Positions 29,602 through 39,673 of a DNA stretch of 64,000 nucleotides are shown piece after piece. The stretch is from a virus. Location of the stretch: the IMG/VR virus record IMGVR_UViG_3300035670_000069, positions 44,557-108,556 of that record. One strand, given 5' to 3'. The notes below the pieces were generated by a model. The model had not been told where the DNA came from. It searched no databases and saw nothing but the letters and a program-made list of their open reading frames with translations. Positions within the stretch are counted from its first letter, which is position 1. Each line of letters starts with the position of its first letter. The position numbers were made by a program, and so were the translations under genes.

Positions 29602-30362
29602 CAAACAAGATATCTTTTATTCCAGCATTCACTGGACATTCTGGACTATTAACTCCTCCAATGCCAGCAACAAAAAATGTGCCAGAATGGTATAAAAGTT
29701 TGGCCAAATTTGATAAATCTAATGATGACATAACTTTAGGAGTTAAGAATAGTATAGGAACTGACGGCGCCCTAGTTTCTACTAAAATGTGTATGCCATT
29801 TTTTGATGCATTAACTGGAGGGTATCATTATGTTTTAGAAGATGATGTTCATGTCGATTTAGATAAAAACGGTAAACCGATTCTCACCTGGGATGGAAAC
29901 GTAATGATGGTTGATAAAAGACCAATCATAGACATTCCAGTTCCAGACAACTGCCACCCAGTTCACTATGGCTGGAGAATGAATTGGTATTATGAAACTC
30001 CGCCAGGATATTCTGTTTTAATTACACATCCAATGAATAGATACGACCTACCATTTTATACAATGTCTGGTATTGTAGAGTCAGATATTTGGGGACTCCC
30101 CGTTTTCACGGCATTTTTCTTAAAAAGAAACTTTATAGGCACAATTAAAAAAGGCACTCCAATATTTCAAATATTTCCTTTTAAAAGAGAATCTTGGGAG
30201 TTAGAAGAAAAGGAAACAGAGCATGATCTAGATAGACACGAACTCATGGCTGAAAATAGAAGGTCAAGGCTATATGGATATTATAAACAAACAGCGTGGC
30301 GCAAAAAAATATTTGGTGTAAGTGGCAAAAATAATAAAGAGATTAATCATGACGATGAATAA
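29592..30362 (+). CDS. DUF6065-like protein, paralogue of 28873
   Basis: VPEWYK..KMCMPFFD..GY..TPPGYS..IKKGTPIFQIFPFKRE. Confidence 0.6.
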   Translation: MELANKISFIPAFTGHSGLLTPPMPATKNVPEWYKSLAKFDKSNDDITLGVKNSIGTDGALVSTKMCMPFFDALTGGYHYVLEDDVHVDLDKNGKPILTWDGNVMMVDKRPIIDIPVPDNCHPVHYGWRMNWYYETPPGYSVLITHPMNRYDLPFYTMSGIVESDIWGLPVFTAFFLKRNFIGTIKKGTPIFQIFPFKRESWELEEKETEHDLDRHELMAENRRSRLYGYYKQTAWRKKIFGVSGKNNKEINHDDE

Positions 30363-31209
30363 TGTTTTAGTTTGCATTTATTCCTATAAAGGAAAATATT
30401 TAAAAGATGTTGTATATCAGTTAAGGGAAACTCAAAGTAATAATAATAATATAAAAGTTGTTATTTGGGATCAAAATCCCTTAGATAGATCAAAATTTTT
30501 TCCTGATGAAAATTATAATCATGTTTTATGGGATCAAATAATTAGTCCATCTGTTTATAAAAATTTATGCATTAAAGATAATTTTGATTATATCTTATTT
30601 ATATCTGATGAAATTTTATTAAATGAAAGTTGGGATGAAAAATTAATTAATTTAATTAAAGATAAAGATATAGTTTTATCTGGAAATAAAAAAATAAAAA
30701 TAAAATCAAAAAATTTATTTTATCTAGACAAAGAATATTTTGAAAATATTGAAGAGTTGTCCCTAACAAACTTTATAGATAGATCTTTTGTTTTTGCATC
30801 AAAAGATATTATAAATAAAATAAAGTTTCCAGAATATATAAAATATCATGGAGAAGAAGAAATTCTTTCATTAAAAATTTTTTCTAAAAAAATAAATGTA
30901 TATTCTGTTTCACAAGAAATATACTCTAAGCATTTTGAAAATAGTTTTATTTCAAAATATGTACCATTTTCTTTAGATCATAACTATAATGATGCAATAG
31001 ACCTTCTTAGGCATGGCTATAATAGATGGGAAAATTTAGGGATGGGTAAAAAAATATGTGAGGAATTTTCTCAGTTTCATGATTTTAATTTTAAACAAAT
31101 AGAATATTTACCATTTTTAAAGAATGACGTAGAATATGACCCCTATATGCTTAATTTTGACAGGGTAGACTCAAGAAGATTTGTGGCTAGGACAAAGGCT
31201 ATACACTAG
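30349..31209 (+). CDS. Glycosyltransferase-like protein (GT-A fold)
   Basis: DYILFISD..WDEKLI..YHGEEEILSL; DxD motif degenerate. Confidence 0.5.
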   Translation: MTMNNVLVCIYSYKGKYLKDVVYQLRETQSNNNNIKVVIWDQNPLDRSKFFPDENYNHVLWDQIISPSVYKNLCIKDNFDYILFISDEILLNESWDEKLINLIKDKDIVLSGNKKIKIKSKNLFYLDKEYFENIEELSLTNFIDRSFVFASKDIINKIKFPEYIKYHGEEEILSLKIFSKKINVYSVSQEIYSKHFENSFISKYVPFSLDHNYNDAIDLLRHGYNRWENLGMGKKICEEFSQFHDFNFKQIEYLPFLKNDVEYDPYMLNFDRVDSRRFVARTKAIH

Positions 31210-31234
31210 TGTATAATATAAAGAGGAGGAATAT

Positions 31235-31912
31235 ATGAATGAAGTAAAACCAGTAGAACCACTAAGTAATGAAACATGGCACGGACATAAAATTTTCATA
31301 GTTAAAAATTTTATAGACCCACAAGATGCAGAATTATTAATTCAAGAAATGAGAAATCCAAGCGAACAAAACGAATATCCATCATATTATAAAGATAGAT
31401 ATGGCGGAACTTCTCTTCCATATAATAAAAAAGTAATGGATATAATGATTAAGTATGGACACAAATCTAACGAAATGCATAAAAAAATAAATGGATTTGT
31501 TAATGATATTTATGTTTTTAAAGGATTTGGCTCCTGGTGGACAACTGGTACTAAGGGGGACCTACATATTGATGCACAAGGACCAGAACCCTGGATTGAA
31601 TGGAGCACTATTATGTATTTAAATGGTGATGAAAACCCTGGGGAAGAATTAGAAACTAGAGAAGATTACAAGTTTACTGGGGGTCAGATATATTTTCCAA
31701 ATCAAAACTTTGTATATAGCCCACGAAGATATTCTGCTGTATTTTTTCAAAGTGCTGGAACGGAATATATACATGGAATAACTAAAGTAAAAAGTGGAAA
31801 TAGATATACTGCGCTATATATGCATACGAGTTTACCAGATCATGCAGATCCAGATTTTCACCCTGGTCCGTTGCAATGGAAAGCAAGGAATTATCCATTA
31901 AACTATGTTTGA
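31235..31912 (+). CDS. Prolyl-4-hydroxylase-like 2OG-Fe(II) oxygenase
   Basis: HID, IMYLN, FTGGQIYFP, HGI..V.SG.RY. Confidence 0.88.
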   Translation: MNEVKPVEPLSNETWHGHKIFIVKNFIDPQDAELLIQEMRNPSEQNEYPSYYKDRYGGTSLPYNKKVMDIMIKYGHKSNEMHKKINGFVNDIYVFKGFGSWWTTGTKGDLHIDAQGPEPWIEWSTIMYLNGDENPGEELETREDYKFTGGQIYFPNQNFVYSPRRYSAVFFQSAGTEYIHGITKVKSGNRYTALYMHTSLPDHADPDFHPGPLQWKARNYPLNYV

Positions 31913-32567
31913 TTATGAAGTCTTAGATTTAGGATTAGTATATTACAAAAATATACTAAAAAATCCAAACTCTTTAATTGAAAAAATTGAAGAATTAGAC
32001 GCCAGATGGCATAAAGATTCCCCTAAACCATATGAAACTAGTGTAAAGCCATGGGTGCCGTGGAAAAATGATAATGGATCTGAAGAGATATTTAATTATC
32101 AAAAATTTATTCCACAGGTAAAACATATAGCCCCTTGGGATAAATATAAAGAAGAGCAAACTCTTATCTCGTCTGAATTATTTGGAGCATTAGATGTAAC
32201 TTTAGAACATTATTCCACAGAACTTTATCCTTTTGCAAAAAAAAATATTAAATCAAGAGAGGCAACAATGCATCTTTTGAGATATGATAAAACAGGTCAT
32301 TTGCCAGCACACCAAGATCAAGGGGTAAGCACAAGGGTGTTGTCTGTATTATTATATTTAAATGATAACTACGATGGCGGAGAGATTGAGTTTAGACACT
32401 CTAATGTAAAAATTAAGCCTGAGCCTGGTAGTGTTTTATTTTTTCCTTCTAATTTCTTATATGTTCATGAAGTCTATCCAGTAACTAAGGGACCAAGATA
32501 TGCTTTGCCAAATTGGTACCATAATGTTGCTGGAGATGAGTTTAGAAATTCTACGGGGCAAGAATGA
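31905..32567 (+). CDS. Prolyl-4-hydroxylase-like 2OG-Fe(II) oxygenase
   Basis: HQD, LYLNDNYDGGEIEF, FFPSNFLYVHEV..G.RY. Confidence 0.9.
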   Translation: MFDYEVLDLGLVYYKNILKNPNSLIEKIEELDARWHKDSPKPYETSVKPWVPWKNDNGSEEIFNYQKFIPQVKHIAPWDKYKEEQTLISSELFGALDVTLEHYSTELYPFAKKNIKSREATMHLLRYDKTGHLPAHQDQGVSTRVLSVLLYLNDNYDGGEIEFRHSNVKIKPEPGSVLFFPSNFLYVHEVYPVTKGPRYALPNWYHNVAGDEFRNSTGQE

Positions 32568-33997
32568 AAATTTTAGGAATTAACGAAACAACACACGATG
32601 CATCAATATCCTTAATAGAAAATGGGAACATATTGTTTGCTGGACATGCAGAAAGATATAGTAAGAAAAAAAATGATTGGTTCACTAATAATGAACTTAT
32701 TGATGAGGCTTTGAGTTATGGAAAACCAGATAGAATAGCCTATTATGAAAATAGATGGCTAAAAAAATCTAGAATTGTTACCCGTGGTGGATTTGGTGGA
32801 GGTAAGCCATACTATTTAGAAAGAAAAGATCTCAGGTGGATTCCTAGAGAATCTTTTAGCCATCATCACTCTCATGCAGCAGCAGGCTATTACACTAGCA
32901 AATTTGATGATGCGGTGGTTGTTGTGCTTGATGCAATTGGTGAATACAACACTTCAACAATTTGGATAGGCGAGGGAAGTAATTTAAAAAGAGTATACGC
33001 AAAAAATTATCCATTTAGTTTTGGATTATTTTATTCTGCATTTACACAATTAGTAGGGTTAAAGCCAAATGAAGAAGAATACATTTTTATGGGAATGGCA
33101 GCGTATGGAGATTGGACAAAGTTTTACCTTACAGTAAAAAAATATTTTCCAGATATTAATACTCAAAAATATAATTTTCATAAAGGTATAAGGGACTGGG
33201 GCCTGATAACAGAACAAGATAAATTTGATATTGCAGCAGCAGTTCAAAAAGTATATGAAGAAAGATTAGTTAATTTTATGGCTATGGCCAAACAAATAAC
33301 TGGTAAAAGAAATCTTGTTTTTATGGGTGGGTGTGCTCTTAATTGTGCAGCAAATACAATGCTCTGGAGGATGTTTGATGATGTCTGGATTATGCCAAAC
33401 CCAGGAGATGCTGGATCGTCTCTAGGAGCGGCTGCTGCAGCCTATGGAGAGCATTTAAAATGGGAGCATCCATATCTTGGCCATGATTTAGGCGGGGAAT
33501 ATCCAGTAAAATCTATTATGACAGAATTAATCAGAAATAAAATTGCTGCAGTAGCAACAGGAAGAGCAGAATATGGGCCAAGGGCACTGGGAAATAGAAG
33601 TATACTAGCAGATCCAAGAGATCCCAACATTAAAGATAAGGTTAATTTAATTAAAAAAAGAGAAATGTTTAGGCCATTTGCCCCAGTAATATTAGAGGAG
33701 CATGCAGGAAAATGGTTTGATATGAAATATACATCACCATATATGCAATATACTCCAAAATGTTTAAAGCCTGATTTAATACCATCAGTGGTTCACAAAG
33801 ACGGCACCTCTAGAGTTCAAACAGTAAATAAAAATCAGCATCCAGGACTTTACAATTTGCTTTCAGAGTGGTATGCTATAACAGGTGTTCCTATATTATT
33901 AAATACCAGCCTAAATATTAAGGGACAGCCACTTTTAAATGATCAAGAAGATATTAAAAATTGGGAAGGCCTATATGGAACCAGAATCATATCCTGA
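32564..33997 (+). CDS. Carbamoyltransferase, NodU/CmcH family
   Basis: HDAS, ERYSKKK, HHHSHAA, GGCALNC, GDAG, EYGPRALGNRS, RPFAP, NTSLN. Confidence 0.95.
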   Translation: MKILGINETTHDASISLIENGNILFAGHAERYSKKKNDWFTNNELIDEALSYGKPDRIAYYENRWLKKSRIVTRGGFGGGKPYYLERKDLRWIPRESFSHHHSHAAAGYYTSKFDDAVVVVLDAIGEYNTSTIWIGEGSNLKRVYAKNYPFSFGLFYSAFTQLVGLKPNEEEYIFMGMAAYGDWTKFYLTVKKYFPDINTQKYNFHKGIRDWGLITEQDKFDIAAAVQKVYEERLVNFMAMAKQITGKRNLVFMGGCALNCAANTMLWRMFDDVWIMPNPGDAGSSLGAAAAAYGEHLKWEHPYLGHDLGGEYPVKSIMTELIRNKIAAVATGRAEYGPRALGNRSILADPRDPNIKDKVNLIKKREMFRPFAPVILEEHAGKWFDMKYTSPYMQYTPKCLKPDLIPSVVHKDGTSRVQTVNKNQHPGLYNLLSEWYAITGVPILLNTSLNIKGQPLLNDQEDIKNWEGLYGTRIIS

Positions 33998-34913
33998 TAG
34001 GGGAACTATTTGGGACAATTGGGAAATAACCATTGATTCTATTTATAGTACATCCGAAAAAATGGTAAAAAAAATAGGAAATCCTAAATCTATATTTGAT
34101 GACAATACAAAAAGTTTATTTGAATATAAACTAAATTCACATGGATTTAGATCTAATGAATTTGTTGAAAATAATAAAAATCCACAAATACTTTTTGCGG
34201 GATGTTCAGAAACTTTTGGACAGGGAGATACTTTAGAAAATTCTTGGCCTGAAATGTTTTTCAAAATGTTTGAAAATCATAAAAGTGGATATGAAGTATA
34301 TAATTTGAGTGTACCAGGACATGGATTTCAATTAATAATAAATTCAGTTTTACAATATATTAAAAAATTTGGCACACCAGAATATATTTTTATATTATTC
34401 CCTGATTTTCAAAGAGAAATTATTTGGCAGTATAAAGATAAAAATAAAAAAAGTTTTTCGCCTCTTGGGGCAGAAGAGGATTTTAAAAATGGAAATTGGA
34501 CACTTGTCCATCAAAGGTTAATAGATAAAAGAAAAAAAGATTTTTCATTTTTTCTTGCAGGAACTGATATAGAGATAGATCCATTAAATTCTTTTTCTTT
34601 TTTTTATTCATGTATATTGTTTTTGGACCTGTTAGAAGAATTATGCATGGCAAAAAATATAAAGTTATTTTGGACGACTTGGGATAGCCTTACTGATTAT
34701 GTTATTCGAACATTAAAATTAAAAAATGAGAATTTATTTAAAAACTATTTTAATTTATTAAATTATGATGAAAAAGATGTTTTAGAAATAATAAATACCG
34801 ATCCTAAAAAATACAATCTTAAGAAAGAAGATGGACATAAGGGGTCTGCAATTCATTATTTATGGGCCAAGGCCTTTTATGATGAATTAATAAGTAAGGA
34901 TGCTATAATATAA
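33975..34913 (+). CDS. SGNH-hydrolase-like protein
   Basis: NSHGFRS..FAGCSETFG.G..SW..NL..PG; C-terminal DGH. Confidence 0.6.
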   Translation: MEPESYPDRGTIWDNWEITIDSIYSTSEKMVKKIGNPKSIFDDNTKSLFEYKLNSHGFRSNEFVENNKNPQILFAGCSETFGQGDTLENSWPEMFFKMFENHKSGYEVYNLSVPGHGFQLIINSVLQYIKKFGTPEYIFILFPDFQREIIWQYKDKNKKSFSPLGAEEDFKNGNWTLVHQRLIDKRKKDFSFFLAGTDIEIDPLNSFSFFYSCILFLDLLEELCMAKNIKLFWTTWDSLTDYVIRTLKLKNENLFKNYFNLLNYDEKDVLEIINTDPKKYNLKKEDGHKGSAIHYLWAKAFYDELISKDAII

Positions 34914-34925
34914 AAAGGAGGAAAA

Positions 34926-35144
34926 ATGGAATCTAAAAAGAAAAGTCTTTTAAAAACACTGAGTTGGGAAACTTTTCACCTTGTCGGTGTTGCTGGTGTT
35001 ATTGCTGTTATAACTTACATTATGACAGGAGAAGTCGAATATGAGTATGCCACATTGGGAGCACTCGTATATATTTTGTGGGAAGCGCTAGGATATTTTT
35101 TGCACGAAAGAGTTTGGGCCAAATTTGGCAAAGGGGTAAAATAA
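34926..35144 (+). CDS. DUF2061-like membrane protein
   Basis: KSLLKTLSW...YFLHERVW. Confidence 0.8.
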   Translation: MESKKKSLLKTLSWETFHLVGVAGVIAVITYIMTGEVEYEYATLGALVYILWEALGYFLHERVWAKFGKGVK

Positions 35145-35254
35145 TGAGAATTAAAATTATTAAATTTGTTGTAAAACTATTAGGATATGAATGGTCTGGA
35201 GACAATGTAAATCTTCCAGTTTGGCAGGTTAAAGCAAAAAAGAAGGCAAAGTAA
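35144..35254 (+). CDS. Small basic hypothetical protein (not in ORF track)
   Basis: 36 aa, TAATG coupling at both ends. Confidence 0.55.
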   Translation: MRIKIIKFVVKLLGYEWSGDNVNLPVWQVKAKKKAK

Positions 35255-35439
35255 TGCCATCATATGAATATGATTGTATGCCTTGTGGCAGAAGGTATAC
35301 AAAAGTGCGTTCTATGTCAGACAATGATCCAGGATATTTATGCGATACTTGCAATAAACCCTTGGTTCGTGTATACTCTAATGTAGGGGCTGTTTTTAAT
35401 GGTCCTGGTTTTTATACAACTGATAATAGAAAGGTATAA
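35254..35439 (+). CDS. FmdB-like zinc-ribbon protein
   Basis: MPSYEYDC..C...C..C...FNGPGFYTTD. Confidence 0.88.
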   Translation: MPSYEYDCMPCGRRYTKVRSMSDNDPGYLCDTCNKPLVRVYSNVGAVFNGPGFYTTDNRKV

Positions 35440-35441
35440 TT

Positions 35442-35699
35442 ATGTTTAAGATGTTAGAACAAAAACAAGATGAAGTTTGGTTGCTAGATGCAACAGATAG
35501 ATGTGATCGTTGTGGGGCACAAGCCTATATTAAAGTTATTGGAAAAGATAATAACGATCTGCTTTTTTGTGCACATCATTATAACAAGATTATGGACAAT
35601 GCTGTGGGTTATGACAAAATGATGAAATTTGCTCTTGAGGTTATAGACGAACGAGATAGGCTTGTAGAAAATAAATTAAAAGGAGAGTCATACTCTTGA
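35442..35699 (+). CDS. Small metal-binding protein of a type common in Actinobacteria
   Basis: DRCDRCGAQAY...LLFCAHH. Confidence 0.7.
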   Translation: MFKMLEQKQDEVWLLDATDRCDRCGAQAYIKVIGKDNNDLLFCAHHYNKIMDNAVGYDKMMKFALEVIDERDRLVENKLKGESYS

Positions 35700-36217
35700 T
35701 TATTCAAATGTTTGGCATGGACGTATCTACAAGAGAAAAGGTTGGTAGAGAAATTGCTAAAAGATTAGATGCTTGGTATCTCGATAGTAGAGATCTCCCC
35801 ATGGGACACACACAGCCACAACAGGCCAGATGGCTTCGTGTTGTTGCAAAAGCATTTGACAGAAACTATCATGGAGATATAATTACAAGCGGATACTTTG
35901 CTACTGCTGAGGCAAGAGAACAATATAGGATAGAGCCAGGAAGACAAATTCCAGATTTTTCTGTTTTTATAGATACTATACCCCATGATCAATTCCATAC
36001 AATACCTGGATATCTAGAAAGAAAAATACAATTAGTTGATAGCCATTCAGAAAATGAAATGCAGGAATTAAGTTATTGGGAAGAAACATTAGAAAGCGAC
36101 TATGATATTCGTATAACAGAAAATAATGGTATATATGAAATGGCCACCTTTATTATTGATAAATATCAAGAAAAAATGAAAAACTATAAGGTGGAATATA
36201 AATATGAGCAAGGCTAA
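35696..36217 (+). CDS. Adenylylsulfate-kinase-like fold with degenerate P-loop
   Basis: MIIQMFG..IAKRLDA..QARWLR..PDFSVFIDT; no GxxGxGK. Confidence 0.4.
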   Translation: MIIQMFGMDVSTREKVGREIAKRLDAWYLDSRDLPMGHTQPQQARWLRVVAKAFDRNYHGDIITSGYFATAEAREQYRIEPGRQIPDFSVFIDTIPHDQFHTIPGYLERKIQLVDSHSENEMQELSYWEETLESDYDIRITENNGIYEMATFIIDKYQEKMKNYKVEYKYEQG

Positions 36218-36773
36218 AGAAAGTTTTAATTTTATATTCCATGGCAATTTTAATATAAGTCCAATAGTTGAGCATTTAAAAAAATATAATTCAGAATGGT
36301 TTTTAAATACAACAAGGCAAGATGCTTTTGGAGTTCATAAATATACCAATTCTATTTTTATATATGATCATGACGCAAATTGGAAAAAAAATACTAAATA
36401 TTCTATAGAAAAAGCAACAAATGATGAAGATATGTTAAATCTTATAAGTCCAATAATTAAAGTTTTAGAAGAAAAGCACAATGGTAAAGTTGGAAAAGTC
36501 TTATTTATAAGACTATCTTCGTCAAAAAATATTGATAAGCATGTAGATGTTGGCGATTATTTGGAATCTATAAGAAGGCATCATGTTCCAATTATTACAA
36601 ATGATAATGTTTCTTTTGTTGTAGGTAATGAAACAAAAACTATGCGTATAGGTGAAATTTGGGAGGTAAATAACAATAAAATGCATGAAGTATTAAACGC
36701 TGGAGATGATGAAAGAGTACATCTCTTAATTGACATTATCCCAAATAATTATATTGGAGAAGACAATGTATGA
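36204..36773 (+). CDS. Aspartyl/asparaginyl beta-hydroxylase-like oxygenase
   Basis: HVD..RHHVPIITN..GEIWEVNN..HEV.N....RVHLLID. Confidence 0.88.
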   Translation: MSKAKESFNFIFHGNFNISPIVEHLKKYNSEWFLNTTRQDAFGVHKYTNSIFIYDHDANWKKNTKYSIEKATNDEDMLNLISPIIKVLEEKHNGKVGKVLFIRLSSSKNIDKHVDVGDYLESIRRHHVPIITNDNVSFVVGNETKTMRIGEIWEVNNNKMHEVLNAGDDERVHLLIDIIPNNYIGEDNV

Positions 36774-37173
36774 ATATAGAGTAAAAAACATTACAAAAGT
36801 TGTAGACGGTGACACAATTGATGTTGATATAGACCTTGGATTTAATATATCCTATTCTCAAAGAGTTAGGCTTGCTGGAATAGATACACCAGAATCAAGA
36901 ACTTCTGACAAAGCAGAAAAGATTTTGGGGCTTGAGTCTAAAGAGTATTTGAAATCTAAACTAAAAGATGCTAAACTTATAGTAATAAAAACAGAAAAGC
37001 CAGACTCTTCTGAAAAATATGGCCGTATTTTAGGATGGCTATATGTTAATGGAGATACAATTTCTATAAACGATCATATGATAGAGGATGGTTATGCTTG
37101 GGGATACCTTGGAGATACTAAGGTAAAAGACTTTGCTGCACTTGCTGCACAAAGAGAAAAGGCAAAAAAATGA
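36766..37173 (+). CDS. Thermonuclease (SNase-like)
   Basis: KVVDGDT..RVRLAGIDTPE..KYGRIL. Confidence 0.92.
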   Translation: MYEYRVKNITKVVDGDTIDVDIDLGFNISYSQRVRLAGIDTPESRTSDKAEKILGLESKEYLKSKLKDAKLIVIKTEKPDSSEKYGRILGWLYVNGDTISINDHMIEDGYAWGYLGDTKVKDFAALAAQREKAKK

Positions 37174-37490
37174 ATGAGCCGACAGATGTTGAAAAATTAA
37201 TACTGGCTGGAGCCTTAGAGCCTGCTGCAATAGATAAAGATACTGGAGAAGTTTTATATAGTTTTACTTCAAAACTAGAGGAAGTAAGCCCAGAACTTCA
37301 CAAGAAATTAACTAACTCTATTATGTCTGCAACTATGCACCTATGGGAGTTAGGATTTTTAAATATGGATTTAACTAATCCAGATCCTATCATTTCTTTG
37401 ACTGAAAAGGCTTATGATGAAAATGAATTGTCAAAACTAGATTTTGATTTAAGAAGATTTTTAGAAGATGCGAGGCGAGGTTTAGAATAA
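37170..37490 (+). CDS. Hypothetical protein, paralogue of 17189..17425
   Basis: Shared DKxTGExxYSxTxKLxEVxPE. Confidence 0.65.
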   Translation: MNEPTDVEKLILAGALEPAAIDKDTGEVLYSFTSKLEEVSPELHKKLTNSIMSATMHLWELGFLNMDLTNPDPIISLTEKAYDENELSKLDFDLRRFLEDARRGLE

Positions 37491-37504
37491 CAAAGTAGTA
37501 TAAT

Positions 37505-37942
37505 GTGTATACTATGCAATATTTAGCAGGATTTATATTTGCTTATTTTATTTTGTATGTTATTTTTAAATTTCAAAATAAAAATAACGTCCTAAAAGAA
37601 CCGACAATAAAGCCTATTAGATATAGTCAAAGCCACTTACATTCTTTGATCTATCCCCTATTGCCTAAAAATAAAAAAATAAAACCAAATAGAAAGTCTC
37701 AGTCTACTATCCATGAAGCAAAAACAAATATAAGGGTAATTATTATGAATAATGTGGCCTATTGGATCAAAGATACCGCTTTTTATATGGCTGAGGTAAA
37801 CCTTGATGGCACTGTAAATAAAGATACAACACAAAGAGTTGACACAGCCACCATGGATAAGGTACAATTAGATAAGATGCTGTTCATTGTAGATAAACTT
37901 AGGGAAGGGACTTTTGATGATAGTGGGAGTGCAGGGAACTAG
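37505..37942 (+). CDS. Membrane-anchored hypothetical protein
   Basis: N-terminal TM segment. Confidence 0.6.
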   Translation: MYTMQYLAGFIFAYFILYVIFKFQNKNNVLKEPTIKPIRYSQSHLHSLIYPLLPKNKKIKPNRKSQSTIHEAKTNIRVIIMNNVAYWIKDTAFYMAEVNLDGTVNKDTTQRVDTATMDKVQLDKMLFIVDKLREGTFDDSGSAGN

Positions 37943-38267
37943 TAGTTTTAAAGACTACAATGTTTTCCTTAGAGCAATGGGGGTTGCTCTTTCTAGTCTT
38001 CCAGAAAACGATAAATATTTTTATATTTATAGCGCTGGCCCAGCAGCAACCAACTCTATGGCTATGGAGTTTGTAAACGTTTCTGAACGTAATATGAAAT
38101 CCCGTGGGATAAAAATAAAATTATATAAAGTTCCACCTTCCTGGATTAGTGAGAACATGCATGAAATAAACTATTTTGCTTTTTTATCAAATGAAAAAGA
38201 GCAAGTTTCAAAGTTAGTAAAAGATGCCGAACTTCAAAACATTGAAGTTGGAATATTTAGATACTGA
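37914..38267 (+). CDS. SLOG/YspA-like small protein
   Basis: MIVGVQGTSSFKDY N-terminus. Confidence 0.45.
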   Translation: MMIVGVQGTSSFKDYNVFLRAMGVALSSLPENDKYFYIYSAGPAATNSMAMEFVNVSERNMKSRGIKIKLYKVPPSWISENMHEINYFAFLSNEKEQVSKLVKDAELQNIEVGIFRY

Positions 38268-38273
38268 GGGAAT

Positions 38274-38486
38274 ATGAATATCACATCAATTGAAAAAATG
38301 GAAACAATCGTAAACAATAATAAGTCCTTGTCTTGGGATGGCTGGACAGTTGTAAATAAATATAAAAGTGAAAAGGGTAGAACATCCAAATATGGCAAGT
38401 ATATTGACGGTGCTTGGTATATGACTAGAAGATTTGTGCCAGGTAAAAATGGGTGGGAAATACCAGAAAGATTTACAGATGCATAA
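38274..38486 (+). CDS. Hypothetical protein
   Basis: 70 aa, GAGG RBS, Trp-rich. Confidence 0.6.
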   Translation: MNITSIEKMETIVNNNKSLSWDGWTVVNKYKSEKGRTSKYGKYIDGAWYMTRRFVPGKNGWEIPERFTDA

Positions 38487-38766
38487 ACTTAAATGGAAAG
38501 ACAACGCATCATGTATAGATTACGATACAAATATATTTTTTGAAAAGTATGAAGACGATGAAGGTTTAAGGCCAGCAATAGACAATCTTTGTCAGGCCTG
38601 CCCCGTAGTAAAAACATGTTTTGCTGTAGGAGTTTCTAGTAAAGAATGGGGCGTTTGGGGAGGGGTCTACCTTGAAAGTGGAAATATTTCAAAAGAATAT
38701 AACTCTCATAAAAAAGATTCAGATTGGTCAAACATTTGGCAAATTTTAACATTGGATAGAGATTAA
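38479..38766 (+). CDS. whiB: WhiB-family transcription factor
   Basis: W...A.C...IFF...C..CPV..TC...GVWGG; four Cys. Confidence 0.9.
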   Translation: MHKLKWKDNASCIDYDTNIFFEKYEDDEGLRPAIDNLCQACPVVKTCFAVGVSSKEWGVWGGVYLESGNISKEYNSHKKDSDWSNIWQILTLDRD

Positions 38767-39671
38767 TGTTTGTGCTTGGAACAGAACAGGAACCATCAAA
38801 ATTTTTTGGAACCTATAAAATATCTGTAGAAAAAAGTAATCAACTTAATTTTACAAAAATTTCAGATGATAAAAATGAAATTGAAAATTTAGTTATTATA
38901 CTTAATAGTAGATTTTATCATACAATGATCGAAGTATTAGGTACAATTTTAAATATTTATGAAAAAAATAATCAATTTCATTTTAATATAATAATGACAA
39001 AATTTGAACAATATTATGATTCTCCACATACAAAATTTTTATTTAAAATATTAAAAGATAATAACATTAATTATACAATTTATGATGAAAGAAATAATAA
39101 TAAAGAAATTATTGTTAGTAACTTTATTTATTATGGAAATTTTATAAGGATTAATGATAATGCAATAAACAATATATATAAGTATTGTTTGCCATATGTA
39201 AAGCAAAAAAAATATGCTGCAGACAATAAGGTTTATTTAAGCAGGAAAAAAACAACATATCAAACTGGGGAGCCAATACTTGGCTTTGATAAAAACAAAT
39301 ACGCCTCTTTACCATTTAAAGATGACCTGAGAGTTGACAACGAAGAAATTTTAGAAGAATATTTTAAAAATAAAAAATATAAAATTGTATATCCTGAAGA
39401 TTTTGATAACTTTGAAGATCAAATAAATTATTTCTATAATGTAAAAAATCTTGTATCTTTGAGTGGTGCGGGGCTAACTAATCAATGCCTTATGCAGCCA
39501 GGGGCCAATGTTGTAGAAATATCAACGCCTTTGATGGTTATGGGTGAAACCGAATTACATACTTTATATTTTTGTATGGCATGGGCAAAGGACCATAACT
39601 ACTACTCTATTCCCAGTTTAAGAAAGTCCAAAGAAATAATAAACAGGTTAGAAAGGTCTGGGATAATATAA
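38766..39671 (+). CDS. GT61/DUF563-like glycosyltransferase
   Basis: FYH, KVYLSRK, R.V.NEE, PED..F.DQ, GAGLTN..M.PG. Confidence 0.78.
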   Translation: MFVLGTEQEPSKFFGTYKISVEKSNQLNFTKISDDKNEIENLVIILNSRFYHTMIEVLGTILNIYEKNNQFHFNIIMTKFEQYYDSPHTKFLFKILKDNNINYTIYDERNNNKEIIVSNFIYYGNFIRINDNAINNIYKYCLPYVKQKKYAADNKVYLSRKKTTYQTGEPILGFDKNKYASLPFKDDLRVDNEEILEEYFKNKKYKIVYPEDFDNFEDQINYFYNVKNLVSLSGAGLTNQCLMQPGANVVEISTPLMVMGETELHTLYFCMAWAKDHNYYSIPSLRKSKEIINRLERSGII

Positions 39672-39673
39672 TT

